A stretch of DNA of 64,000 bases from Hyphomicrobiales bacterium (GTDB lineage Bacteria; Pseudomonadota; Alphaproteobacteria; Rhizobiales; JACESI01): contig JACESI010000011.1 of assembly GCA_013911885.1 (NCBI GenBank), forward strand, positions 11,409 through 75,408, read 5' to 3'. The notes under the pieces are model-generated. The model ran no database searches, had not been told where the DNA came from, and worked only from the letters and a program-made list of their open reading frames with translations. Shown piece by piece: positions 41,960-51,092 of this stretch (position 1 is the stretch's first letter; each line of letters opens with the position of its first letter). The translations under genes and the position numbers were made by a program.

Positions 41960-42502
41960 TCAGGTGCGGGTCATCCGCTGGAACACGCCGTCTTTCTTGA
42001 TCAGAAGATGGTGCAGGGCAGCGAGGATGTGAAGCACCACGAGAACGCCGATCGCCAAGCCGACCCAGCCGTGGATCTCCAGAAGAAACTCCCCCATTTC
42101 TCGGTTCTTTTCGACCAGCATCGGCAGGTTGAAGAGGCCGAAAACCGGAATATTGGCCACCCCCCACATATTCGTCGCATACCAGCCGAGGAGCGGATGG
42201 ACAATGAGCGCGGCGTAGAGAAGAACATGGGTCAGTTTCGCGATCTTCTGTTGCATCGGCGGGATCGACGCGGGCAGGGGTGAAGCCGCCGGGGTTGTAA
42301 GCTTCAGAACGATGCGGATCAGCACGAGGATGAGAAGAACAAAACCCATGCCGCGATGGAAATCATAGAGCTGGCCGCGGAACGGCGGAAAATTGTCGCC
42401 CCATCCCGCATCCACCATGATGATGCCGGCACTGATCATCGCGATGAAAATCACCGCCGTAAGCCAGTGAATAATTCTTATCGGAAGGGAATGCCCGCGC
42501 AT
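41960..42502 (-). CDS. Cytochrome b561 family protein (CybB-like)
   Basis: Start placed at ATG 42502, 6 nt downstream of GAGGTG. About 180 aa with four TM helices and conserved His residues (RIIHW..., DFHRGMG, LEIHGW). Confidence 0.8.
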   Translation of the reverse strand: MRGHSLPIRIIHWLTAVIFIAMISAGIIMVDAGWGDNFPPFRGQLYDFHRGMGFVLLILVLIRIVLKLTTPAASPLPASIPPMQQKIAKLTHVLLYAALIVHPLLGWYATNMWGVANIPVFGLFNLPMLVEKNREMGEFLLEIHGWVGLAIGVLVVLHILAALHHLLIKKDGVFQRMTRT

Positions 42503-42594
42503 GTCAATCACCTCTCGCATTTTCCAGTCGGTCGTCTTGATTGTTAAATCAGCCACCGGATCAGAAAATCAATATAAGGCACGGCGCGATTTGC

Positions 42595-43722
42595 CTATTT
42601 ATATTTCAGCATATGCCCGGACCGTTTTGCCTTTGTCCTGAGGTAATGGCTGTTGTTCTCGTTCATCGGCGCCTGATGCGAAATCCGCTCGACAACATCA
42701 AGACCGTGCGCGCGCAAGGCGTCCACTTTCTTTGGATTGTTTGTCAGGATTGCGACAGACTGCCAGCCGAGGGCGCGCACCATTGTCGCGGCAGCCTGAT
42801 AGTCGCGCATGTCATCGGGAAAGCCGAGTGTGCGGTTCGCGTCGACCGTATCCAGCGACTGGTCCTGAAGGTCATAGGCGCGGATCTTGTTGACGAGGCC
42901 GATGCCACGCCCTTCCTGATCGAGATAAAGAACGGCACCGCCGCCCAGTTCGTCGAGACGCTCGATTGCAAGGCGTAACTGATCGCCGCAATCGCAACGC
43001 TCCGAGCCGAAAAGATCGCCGGTCGCACAGGCCGAGTGAATGCGGATCGGAAGCGGTTTGCTGATATCGGGTTTTCCGACGATGAGCGCGATTTCCGTTT
43101 CTCCGGTCGCATATTGAAACACGACCATGCGGGTGTTGATGCCGCCGCGCACGGGGATCGGCGCTTCGCTCTTGCGGCGCAGGCTGCGGGTCTTCGCGGC
43201 TTGATAAGCCTCAACGGATGCTTTCTCGATCACGGTGATGCCTTCGCTTGCAAGCGCGCCTGCATTCGGCACATCGGCATAGAAAAGGCAGGCCGGGATA
43301 AGCCGCGCCTTGATCAGAAGATCGAGAGCGGGCCGGGCGTCCGGCTGTTCGAAAACAGGCCGGCGGCTCACCTTGGCCGGATGTTTGGCGGCGATGGCAT
43401 AAAGCTTCTCCGGCGTGTCGCCCGGCGCAATCGACATCGAAATCGGGGCCAGCTTATCAAAGCCGAGCGCGTCACCGCGCTCCGAACTCACGATCAAAAG
43501 CGGGCTGCGACCGGGGTAGCGGCGCATGAAGGCTGCGAAGGTCTGCTCCGACATCCCGTCCACGCCCAGGCAAAGATGAAAATCATCCTCATCCTTGATC
43601 AGGAAAGGCTCACCAAGCCGAATCGCGGCAATTGCGATCGCTACCGAAAAAAGCGCTTCGTGATCGGTTTTCGCATCATTCTGCGCAACAGAAACGAGAG
43701 AACTTTCAAGTTTGAAGGTCAT
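42595..43722 (-). CDS. GTP cyclohydrolase II homolog with degenerate N-terminal RibB-like domain
   Basis: C-terminal half carries the GCH II zinc/catalytic region IRIHSACATGDLFGSERCDCGDQL...YLDQEGRGIGLVNKIRAY. The N-terminal 170 aa or so lack obvious DHBP-synthase motifs. It is not in a canonical rib operon. Confidence 0.8.
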   Translation of the reverse strand: MTFKLESSLVSVAQNDAKTDHEALFSVAIAIAAIRLGEPFLIKDEDDFHLCLGVDGMSEQTFAAFMRRYPGRSPLLIVSSERGDALGFDKLAPISMSIAPGDTPEKLYAIAAKHPAKVSRRPVFEQPDARPALDLLIKARLIPACLFYADVPNAGALASEGITVIEKASVEAYQAAKTRSLRRKSEAPIPVRGGINTRMVVFQYATGETEIALIVGKPDISKPLPIRIHSACATGDLFGSERCDCGDQLRLAIERLDELGGGAVLYLDQEGRGIGLVNKIRAYDLQDQSLDTVDANRTLGFPDDMRDYQAAATMVRALGWQSVAILTNNPKKVDALRAHGLDVVERISHQAPMNENNSHYLRTKAKRSGHMLKYK

Positions 43723-43982
43723 GAATTGGGTACGTCCATTTTCGTAGTTTTAATTGAAACCGTGCGCGGTGTCGACAAGGGGGAGACTTGAATAATGGGC
43801 TTGGTTCAACGTTTGGTGTTCGGTTTGGTTGCATCTCTGGTTCTGGGAGTTGTAGACAAGGAAACGAGACCATGAATGGGCGTCTGGACAGGCCGGAAAC
43901 TATATCCAAATGTCTGAATGCAACATGAATGCCATGTCATGGTGAATTCATAAACCGATCAAAGCTGAACGGCTGAAATATA

Positions 43983-44732
43983 ATGGAAATTAGACACAAA
44001 GAGACCGGCAGCGAAACAGCCCGTCTGGCGCAGAACGGCAGTCCCGCAAGCGGTTTCAGGCTTGGCAGTGGTGATCCGCTCGCGGACTTGCGTTCGCGGT
44101 CACACTTTGTGATCGGCCAGCTCGGTCAGTCTTTGGACGGCCATATCGCGACCCGAACCGGCCATTCGAAATATATCAACGATTCGCGCGGTCTTACCCA
44201 TCTTCACGCCCTGCGCGGGACGGTTGATGCGGTTCTGGTCGGTGTGGGCACCGTCAATGACGATGACCCGCTTCTAACCGTGCGCCTGTGTGCGGGCAAA
44301 AGCCCGGCGCGGGTGATTGTCGATCCGAAGGGGCGCGTCTTTGCCGATGCGCGCCTTTTTTTCGATGGGGGCCCCGAGACGTTCATTCTGACGGATGAGG
44401 CGCTCTCCCATCCGCTCAGCGAATCAGTGCGGATCATCGGTCTGCCCTGCGAGAATGGCCGCCTTGATCCGGCATTGATGATTGCGGCGCTTCATGATGC
44501 CGGCTTCAAACGGATTCTGGTGGAAGGCGGCAGCCGTACCTTGTCAGCCTTCATTGATCGCGGTTGCCTCGACCGGCTTCACCTCATCATCGCGCCGATG
44601 CTGATCGGTGGGGGCTATCAGGGCCTCAATCTCTCGGCGGTCAGCACTGTTGATGCGGCCCTCCGCCCGGCGGTGACGCTTTATCACCTCGGCCACGATA
44701 TTCTTTGTGATTGCGTCTTTAATACCGGCTGA
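43983..44732 (+). CDS. RibD C-terminal (pyrimidine reductase/DHFR-like) domain protein, no deaminase domain
   Basis: 249 aa. QSLDGHIATRTGHSKYI...LRGTVDAVLVGVGTVNDDDPLLTVR...ILVEGG match the reductase-domain pattern. Confidence 0.75.
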   Translation: MEIRHKETGSETARLAQNGSPASGFRLGSGDPLADLRSRSHFVIGQLGQSLDGHIATRTGHSKYINDSRGLTHLHALRGTVDAVLVGVGTVNDDDPLLTVRLCAGKSPARVIVDPKGRVFADARLFFDGGPETFILTDEALSHPLSESVRIIGLPCENGRLDPALMIAALHDAGFKRILVEGGSRTLSAFIDRGCLDRLHLIIAPMLIGGGYQGLNLSAVSTVDAALRPAVTLYHLGHDILCDCVFNTG

Positions 44733-45536
44733 TCATCGCCCGCCCGGTAAGGCGAGAAAATCGCGATGACCGACAAAGACGCTGGCCCCGTTTGCTGCAT
44801 CGCGGAGAAACGCTTTGCGATGATTGAACCATGCACCGAAGTCATCGGCGAGATCGGGCCTGATTTCGCTTGCGGCTGCGCGCCAGCCATCAAGCAGCAT
44901 GGCCTGAAAGGCCGCATGGTCGGGTCCGGCCTGCCAGTCCGAGAGGCCGCTGACAATCCTGTATCCGGCGTCTTCAAAACACGCGACCGCCGTCTCCGCC
45001 GCGCGGGGGCCAAGGGCGGGGCCGAAGCCCTTGTCGCCTCGCTGGTGCGCATTGAAGGCGTCGAGCACGATCGCATCGGCTGGCAGCGGCGGCACACAAC
45101 CCGCCCGCCCGTCATAGCTGAGGGCTGCGTAAAATGGCACTTGCCGATCGGCAAGCGCTGCGACGAGTTTGCCGATCCATGCCTCTGACACGAGGTCGAG
45201 AAACGCGGAGGTGGTGACGAGGTCAGCCGGTTTTTCAAAAATTGCATCGAGTGAAACCGAAAGATCGGCCTGTGCCATCGTTACCGGCAGGCCGCCTGCC
45301 TCGCGGCTTGCGACGGCAAGAAGTTCGGCATCGTAGTCGACGAGGTGCCAGGTTGCCGCCCTGGGCAGCACCGGCGCCAGAGCCCGAAGGGTTGAGCCCG
45401 TGCCGCTGCCGATGTCGGTCGGGCGTGCGGGTGCGCTGTTTACCAGAAGATCGCGCACCATCTCCAGAACATCCGTGTTGCGCGCCGCATGGTCTATCGG
45501 CTCGCGCAGGGAGAGCCATTCAGCCGAAAAACCCAT
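44733..45536 (-). CDS. Class I SAM-dependent methyltransferase
   Basis: 267 aa with motif I DIGSGTGS. Its ATG shares one nt with the upstream GT stop (TGATG). Confidence 0.75.
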   Translation of the reverse strand: MGFSAEWLSLREPIDHAARNTDVLEMVRDLLVNSAPARPTDIGSGTGSTLRALAPVLPRAATWHLVDYDAELLAVASREAGGLPVTMAQADLSVSLDAIFEKPADLVTTSAFLDLVSEAWIGKLVAALADRQVPFYAALSYDGRAGCVPPLPADAIVLDAFNAHQRGDKGFGPALGPRAAETAVACFEDAGYRIVSGLSDWQAGPDHAAFQAMLLDGWRAAASEIRPDLADDFGAWFNHRKAFLRDAANGASVFVGHRDFLALPGGR

Positions 45537-46609
45537 CAGATTGCCTCCAGTATCGAGAGAAAATCACGCGCCGAGCTGCCCCAGCCAGGGAAATCCGGCG
45601 CCGAGGCGATGGCGCCAGCCTGTTTCCCTTGCCGCAGCGCATCGTCAGAAAGCATGGCAAAAAGCGCCTCCGCAAGCGCTGGAACATCGTCGGGTGGCAC
45701 GAGAAGACCCGCCACCTCTGGCACTGTATCCGGGATTGCACCGGCGCGGGTCGCAATCACCGGCAGGCCGCGCACAATCGCCTCGGCATAGACCATGCCA
45801 TAGCCCTCAAACCGCGAGGCAAGGGCGAAGACATCGGCATCATCATAAAACCGCTCCAGGGTTTTTTCATCGACGGCGCCATGGAACGTGATCTGCCCGG
45901 CAATCCCGTGCTCTTTTGCCATGGCCTTGAGTCTTTCGAACAGAGGCGGATTGAATTCCGGCGCGCCGAGAAGATCAAGATGCCAGGAGAGCAACGGATC
46001 ACGGGCGTGAACCGCGCCAAGGGCAGCGATCATCAAATCATGGCCTTTGCGCTCCGAAATCGAGCCGACCGAGAGAATGCGCAAGGGGCGGCGCGTGCGA
46101 AAACGGCGTGTCTCTTCACGCGCCGACCCTGCACGGCGTTCGACACCGGGAAGAATTGCATGAATCTCGCTGAGCGGCCGCTGAAAGATCTGGTGCACCG
46201 CAGCGCGCGTCGCCGGACTTGTGGTAATGATCAGGCGTGCCGCCGCTAGACCCTCTGCTTCAAGCGCAAGAAGACGCTTTCCAGCTTCCTCGTCGAGACC
46301 GCTTTCAAGGCCAAGCGGATGATGCACGAGCGCCACGACCGGCAATTCCTGCGCGAGGCGGTGCATCAGGGCCGGTGAACAGCCGCCCGCAAGCCCGTCG
46401 ATCACGGCAATATCGGCAGGCGCGCAGCCCGCAATGATCGCAAGCGCCGTCTCTCGCGCCTTGTCTGTCGGATCGGGATAGGAACCGGGAAGACTGACGA
46501 GATCGACGTCGACACCCTCCCGCCGCCATTCGGCGATGATTGCCCGGTCATAACGATAACCGCCGGTTGGCGTGTCGATATCGCCCGGAATGATGAAGCG
46601 TATCCGCAT
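45536..46609 (-). CDS. Glycosyltransferase, GT-B fold group 1 (GT4-like)
   Basis: 357 aa. C-terminal EX7E-type motif (SRFEGYGMVYAEAIVRGLPVIAT). Confidence 0.85.
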   Translation of the reverse strand: MRIRFIIPGDIDTPTGGYRYDRAIIAEWRREGVDVDLVSLPGSYPDPTDKARETALAIIAGCAPADIAVIDGLAGGCSPALMHRLAQELPVVALVHHPLGLESGLDEEAGKRLLALEAEGLAAARLIITTSPATRAAVHQIFQRPLSEIHAILPGVERRAGSAREETRRFRTRRPLRILSVGSISERKGHDLMIAALGAVHARDPLLSWHLDLLGAPEFNPPLFERLKAMAKEHGIAGQITFHGAVDEKTLERFYDDADVFALASRFEGYGMVYAEAIVRGLPVIATRAGAIPDTVPEVAGLLVPPDDVPALAEALFAMLSDDALRQGKQAGAIASAPDFPGWGSSARDFLSILEAI

Positions 46610-46644
46610 GGCGCCCTTTTCGCGGCTCGTTCTGGCTTTATGTC

Positions 46645-47046
46645 CTAGATTGCCGCTTCATACCAGGCGCGGGCGACATGGCTTTCCGAAATTGTCACCC
46701 TGATCGCGGCGAGTTCGTCCGCCGGGCGGCCCAGCCGGTTTTCGCGCGCCGCCTTGGCAAGGTGTGTCCAGATATATTTCGTAAGGAATTCGGTCGTGGT
46801 GTTTTCGCCTTTAAATTCCTCGACCTCATCAAGATTTTTGTAATTGATGGGCTGCAAAACCGCCTTCAGCGCCTCATGCGCCGCGCCGATATCGATCACC
46901 ACATTGGTGCCTTTATCGAGGGTCTGCGAAAGGAAACACGCATCGACGACGAAAGTTGCGCCATGCATGGCCTGAGCGGGCCCGAAAAATTCGCCCTTGA
47001 AGGAATGAGCGATCATGATGTGGTCGCGAACTTCTACTGCATGCAC
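46645..47046 (-). CDS. 6-pyruvoyl-tetrahydropterin synthase (COG0720/QueD) family protein
   Basis: I prefer GTG 47046, 7 nt downstream of GGAGA and after the upstream stop. This gives 133 aa, against the track ATG 47103 which overlaps the upstream gene by 38 nt. PTPS-like His pattern (IAHSF...MHGATF). I did not see the catalytic Cys of classical PTPS. Confidence 0.7.
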   Translation of the reverse strand: MHAVEVRDHIMIAHSFKGEFFGPAQAMHGATFVVDACFLSQTLDKGTNVVIDIGAAHEALKAVLQPINYKNLDEVEEFKGENTTTEFLTKYIWTHLAKAARENRLGRPADELAAIRVTISESHVARAWYEAAI

Positions 47047-47065
47047 GATAGTATCTCCGGGTTGA

Positions 47066-48115
47066 TCAGGCGCGGTTCGTGGCGTTATTGCCGTAATCGA
47101 CAATCTGGCAGAGTGCGCGGCTTGCGGGGCCTAGGACGCGGTCTAGATGGTCTGGAAGGTCCATAAAGCCTATTTCGGGTTCGAGCAATTCATCGAGGGC
47201 GGAATCTTCAAGATAACCCATCGCCTCCCGCATCCGGCCGTCATAATCCATGGTTGCGCGCCGTGCCGGGCTGACATGGCCGACCTGACTTGCGATGATC
47301 TGGAGCCTTTGCGAATGAAACGCACCGCCAAGGGCAAGCGTGACGGGCTTGTCGCCATACCAGCTCATCTCGATGATCCGGCCTTCGAACCCGGCAAGGC
47401 CGATGGCGGTTTGCAGGCCCGACCCCGTTGCGCTGGTGTGGAACACGGTGTCGACGCCGCCAGCAGCACTTTCCGGCAGGCTGAATTCAAGCCCGAGTGC
47501 GGCTGCAACCGCCGCGCGATCCGCGTTGATATCGACAAGCGTCACCGGCTCGCCAGTCACCCTGCGGGCGAGGTAGGCGGTCAGAAGGCCGACAACGCCG
47601 CCACCCACGACGGTGGCCTTCATGCCCGGTGCGAGCGCCGCATCCCAGATTGCATTGAGCGCGGTTTCCATATTGGCTGAAAGCGTCGCGCGGGCGGGCG
47701 GAACGCCGTCCGGGATCCGTCGTGCGCTTGCCGCCTCGACCACGATCCGGGTCTGATGCGGATGCAGCACGAAAACAGTGTCGCCCACCTGAAGATCGCG
47801 CACCGCGGTGCCGACGGCACATATCCGCCCGACCAGAGCGTAGCCATAGGATACTGGAAAGGGAAATGTCCCGACCTGATGCGGACAGCGCATGCGCTGC
47901 CATTCCGATTGCGGCACTTTTCCAGCGAAAACGAGGCTTTCCGTGCCGCGGCTGATACCTGATTTGAGCGTGTCGATGACGACTTGACCAGCCCCCGGCC
48001 CAGCCCCTGGCTGAGGCAGTGGCGCATGCTCTATCCCGCCAATGCCCGGGCTTCGATATACCAGTCTCAATGCGGTCACGTGGCTCGCGCTTTCGTGAAT
48101 AAGCCGTTCAGGCAC
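47066..48115 (-). CDS. Medium-chain dehydrogenase/reductase (zinc-ADH-like; BchC-like)
   Basis: 349 aa. Rossmann VVGGGVVGLL. The usual catalytic-zinc GxCxxD/H region reads GISRGTES, so zinc ligands may be absent. Confidence 0.75.
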   Translation of the reverse strand: MPERLIHESASHVTALRLVYRSPGIGGIEHAPLPQPGAGPGAGQVVIDTLKSGISRGTESLVFAGKVPQSEWQRMRCPHQVGTFPFPVSYGYALVGRICAVGTAVRDLQVGDTVFVLHPHQTRIVVEAASARRIPDGVPPARATLSANMETALNAIWDAALAPGMKATVVGGGVVGLLTAYLARRVTGEPVTLVDINADRAAVAAALGLEFSLPESAAGGVDTVFHTSATGSGLQTAIGLAGFEGRIIEMSWYGDKPVTLALGGAFHSQRLQIIASQVGHVSPARRATMDYDGRMREAMGYLEDSALDELLEPEIGFMDLPDHLDRVLGPASRALCQIVDYGNNATNRA

Positions 48116-48260
48116 AATTCATTTTCACTTCGCTATTACACAGCGGAACCTGAAGGGGTGGCTGCCGTTATCCTGCGAGTGAGCAGGTTGATCCCGGCGC
48201 TGTCAACATCTTTTGAAGGTCAGTTTTGCGCTCTTTCTGATTGCGATGAGGTTTTTCAAT

Positions 48261-50093
48261 ATGACGCCCACAACCAGACGAATGACTTTCGCGAGTCTCG
48301 TGATCGCGACCATTGTGGGGCTTTTGTCCCTTATGGCCTGGTCCTTCTCGGAAGCGGGATATGCGCCATTCGAGTGGGTATTGCTCGTCTGTTTCGCGCT
48401 CACCCTGCCATGGACCGCGATTGGTTTCTGGAATGCCGTGATCGGCTTTGTTTTGTTGCGTTTCACCAAAGACCCGGCGACAGCGGTGTTTCCCGCCGCA
48501 GCGTCCATCACGGGCAATGAACCGATCAGAAAATCGACCGCGATCGCCATGTGCATCCGCAACGAGGACGTGAGCCAGGTATCGCGCAACCTGACCGCCA
48601 TGATGGCGCGCCTTGTTGCATCCGGCACTGCGAAAAACTTCCACATCTACATTCTGAGCGACAGCTCGCAAGTGCCGGTGATTGCCGAAGAGCGCACGGT
48701 TTTCGAACAGCTGCGCCGCGATTGGGCGGGCAAAATCGACGTCACGTATCGCCTGCGCACCGACAACTGGGGCTTCAAGGCAGGCAATATCCGCGAGTTC
48801 TGCGATCGCTGGGGCGTGAACCACGACTTCATGCTGACCCTCGATGCAGACAGCGTGATGTCGGCTTCCGCCATACTACGCCTTGTTCGCATCATGCAAG
48901 CGAACAACAATATCGGCATTCTCCAGAGCCTCGTTGTTGGTCTTCCGTCAGACAGTGCCTTTGCCCGCGTCTTCCAGTTTGGCATGCGCATGGGCATGAA
49001 ATCCTACACGTTGGGCAGCGCCTGGTGGCAGGCAGATTGTGGTCCGTACTGGGGTCACAACGCCCTGATCCGCCTTGAGCCGTTCATGGAGCATTGCCAC
49101 CTTCCGGTTCTGCCCGGCAAAGGCCCGCTCTCCGGCTATATTCTGAGTCATGATCAGGTCGAGGCCACCTATATGCGCCGTGCGGGTTATGAAGTGCGCG
49201 TTCTTGCGGAAGAGGGGGGTTCCTACGAGGAAAACCCGCCGCATATTCTCGAGTTCATCCGCCGCGACCTGCGCTGGTGCCATGGCAACATGCAGTATCT
49301 GAAACTGCTTGGCGAACCTGGCCTGAAGCCGACAAGCCGTGTGCAACTCTTCCTCGCGATCCTGATGTTTGTCGGATCGCCGGCATGGATGGTCTTTGTC
49401 TCGGTTGCGACCGCTTCGGTGATTTTCTCCGAGCGCACATTCGACGGTTTCAAAATGGGGCCAGGCTATGCGCTCTTCCTGATCATCATGTTTATGATTT
49501 TCGCACCGAAACTTGCCTCGATTGTCGACATGGTGTCGCGTTCGTCGCTTCGCCGCGACTATGGCGGTTTCATTCCGGTCGTCACGGGCGCGGCAATTGA
49601 ATTGGTCTTTTCGATGCTGCTCGCGCCAATCATGGCGGTCGCGGAAACCATCTTTCTTGCCGGCCTTCCGTTTGGCCGGGCGCGCGGATGGGCCGCACAG
49701 AACCGTCAGGCTCAGTCGCTTCCGGCGCTTGTCGTGGCGCGCCACCTCTGGCCTCAGATGCTGTTCGGTATGGTTGGCGTCGGCGCACTTCTGGGAACTG
49801 GAACCGTCGGTCTGACCGGCTTTCTGGTCAGCCTGCCGGTTTTCATCGGTCCGCTCCTTGCAATCCCGTTCGGCTATTCGAGCGCACAGGTCTCTATCGG
49901 ACAGTTGTTTACCCGGATCGGCCTGTGGCAGGTACCGGAAGAAGAAAAGCCGCCGGTCATCATCCGTGCGATCCATCTTCCAGCGCTGGCGCTGCGCGCT
50001 GGTGCGATTGGTGACAGCGAAAGCCGCGCCCCTCTATCGACGCAACAATTGCTTGATATCGACGGAGAAATGGATGATCGTCTCGCCGCATAG
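48261..50093 (+). CDS. opgH: Glucans biosynthesis glucosyltransferase H (OpgH/MdoH, GT2)
   Basis: Start trimmed to ATG 48261. Multi-TM GT2 with DADS, QSLV and RWCHGNMQ signatures typical of OpgH. Confidence 0.85.
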   Translation: MTPTTRRMTFASLVIATIVGLLSLMAWSFSEAGYAPFEWVLLVCFALTLPWTAIGFWNAVIGFVLLRFTKDPATAVFPAAASITGNEPIRKSTAIAMCIRNEDVSQVSRNLTAMMARLVASGTAKNFHIYILSDSSQVPVIAEERTVFEQLRRDWAGKIDVTYRLRTDNWGFKAGNIREFCDRWGVNHDFMLTLDADSVMSASAILRLVRIMQANNNIGILQSLVVGLPSDSAFARVFQFGMRMGMKSYTLGSAWWQADCGPYWGHNALIRLEPFMEHCHLPVLPGKGPLSGYILSHDQVEATYMRRAGYEVRVLAEEGGSYEENPPHILEFIRRDLRWCHGNMQYLKLLGEPGLKPTSRVQLFLAILMFVGSPAWMVFVSVATASVIFSERTFDGFKMGPGYALFLIIMFMIFAPKLASIVDMVSRSSLRRDYGGFIPVVTGAAIELVFSMLLAPIMAVAETIFLAGLPFGRARGWAAQNRQAQSLPALVVARHLWPQMLFGMVGVGALLGTGTVGLTGFLVSLPVFIGPLLAIPFGYSSAQVSIGQLFTRIGLWQVPEEEKPPVIIRAIHLPALALRAGAIGDSESRAPLSTQQLLDIDGEMDDRLAA

Positions 50094-50125
50094 GCGTGAT
50101 CATTCTGGGGTTGGGTGTCTGAATC

Positions 50126-51019
50126 GTGTGCACACTCTTTGAGCGTGTTTCCAAGCTAATTTTGACTTTTTCTCTGTTATCTGCATCCATGCTCCTTCCG
50201 GTCAATCCGGTGGGGGCGTGCGGTGCCGATAGCGATTGCAAGGTCGTATCGGGCGACTACCGGATTTACCTCCCGGCAAGACCACCCATTCTGAAAGCGA
50301 CTGGCCAAGCCGCGCAATCCCAGGCGGATAGCGCCGGACTACCCGTGATCATCTTCATTCACGGCCTCGGCGGTTCCTCTGCCGATATGCTGGCTCGACA
50401 CGATTATCGCCGCCTTGCCGATGATCTGAACGTGGCTTTCGTCGCCGTCAATGGCCTCGACCATTCATGGACATTCCCGGGAGGTGTTCAGCGGACAACG
50501 CCGCCGCGCGATGAATTCGCTTATATCGGAGAGGTTGTGAGCGATATCAAAAACCGCTTTCCCGTCGATCCGAAAAAGATCATCCTTTCGGGCTTCTCGA
50601 TTGGGGCTTCCATGACCTGGAACATCGCCTGCCGCGATCCATCGCCTTATGCCGGTTTCATCACGGTTGCCGGCACGTTCTGGCGGCCGCTGCCTGAAAA
50701 ATGCGCTCAGCCGATTGCAAATCTCTATCATTTCCATGGCACTGGCGATCGCACTTTTCCGCTGTCGGGGCGTATCGTCAAGGGAAAGCATCAAGGTGAT
50801 ACGTTCGAGACCTTCAAGATTCTTTATAATCAGGACATATGCACGCGCGCGGTCCAGAAGTCGTTCGAATTTATCGGCCTCAGATGCATGCGGCATCAGA
50901 CCTGTGAAGGCAAAACGGTACAATTGTGTCTTCACGACCGCACCCACATCATGCGACCATTCTTCCTTGAAGCCGGCTTCTACCAGATCGCGAAGGCGCT
51001 TGGCTGGCCAAACATCTGA
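50126..51019 (+). CDS. Secreted/lipoprotein alpha/beta-hydrolase (esterase, PHB-depolymerase-like family)
   Basis: Signal peptide with lipobox-like VGAC. Oxyanion region IFIHGLGGS, nucleophile elbow GFSIGAS, and HFHGTGDRTFP. Confidence 0.7.
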   Translation: MCTLFERVSKLILTFSLLSASMLLPVNPVGACGADSDCKVVSGDYRIYLPARPPILKATGQAAQSQADSAGLPVIIFIHGLGGSSADMLARHDYRRLADDLNVAFVAVNGLDHSWTFPGGVQRTTPPRDEFAYIGEVVSDIKNRFPVDPKKIILSGFSIGASMTWNIACRDPSPYAGFITVAGTFWRPLPEKCAQPIANLYHFHGTGDRTFPLSGRIVKGKHQGDTFETFKILYNQDICTRAVQKSFEFIGLRCMRHQTCEGKTVQLCLHDRTHIMRPFFLEAGFYQIAKALGWPNI

Positions 51020-51092
51020 CAAAACATCAAGTGAGGCATCTGGTAATGGCGAGAAATCAAGCCGCTGCCCATAGCGACGAGGGGAGGTAATC

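Noticed and set aside
43723-43982. FMN (RFN) riboswitch in the 260-bp region upstream of the GTP cyclohydrolase II homolog
   Set aside because: I could not find the conserved RFN core segments on either strand by eye. This should still be confirmed with a covariance-model scan.
47047-47103. Longer PTPS-like ORF starting at ATG 47103
   Set aside because: It would overlap the upstream dehydrogenase gene by 38 nt. GTG 47046 has a GGAGA Shine-Dalgarno at optimal spacing right after the upstream stop and gives a typical 133-aa PTPS-family length.
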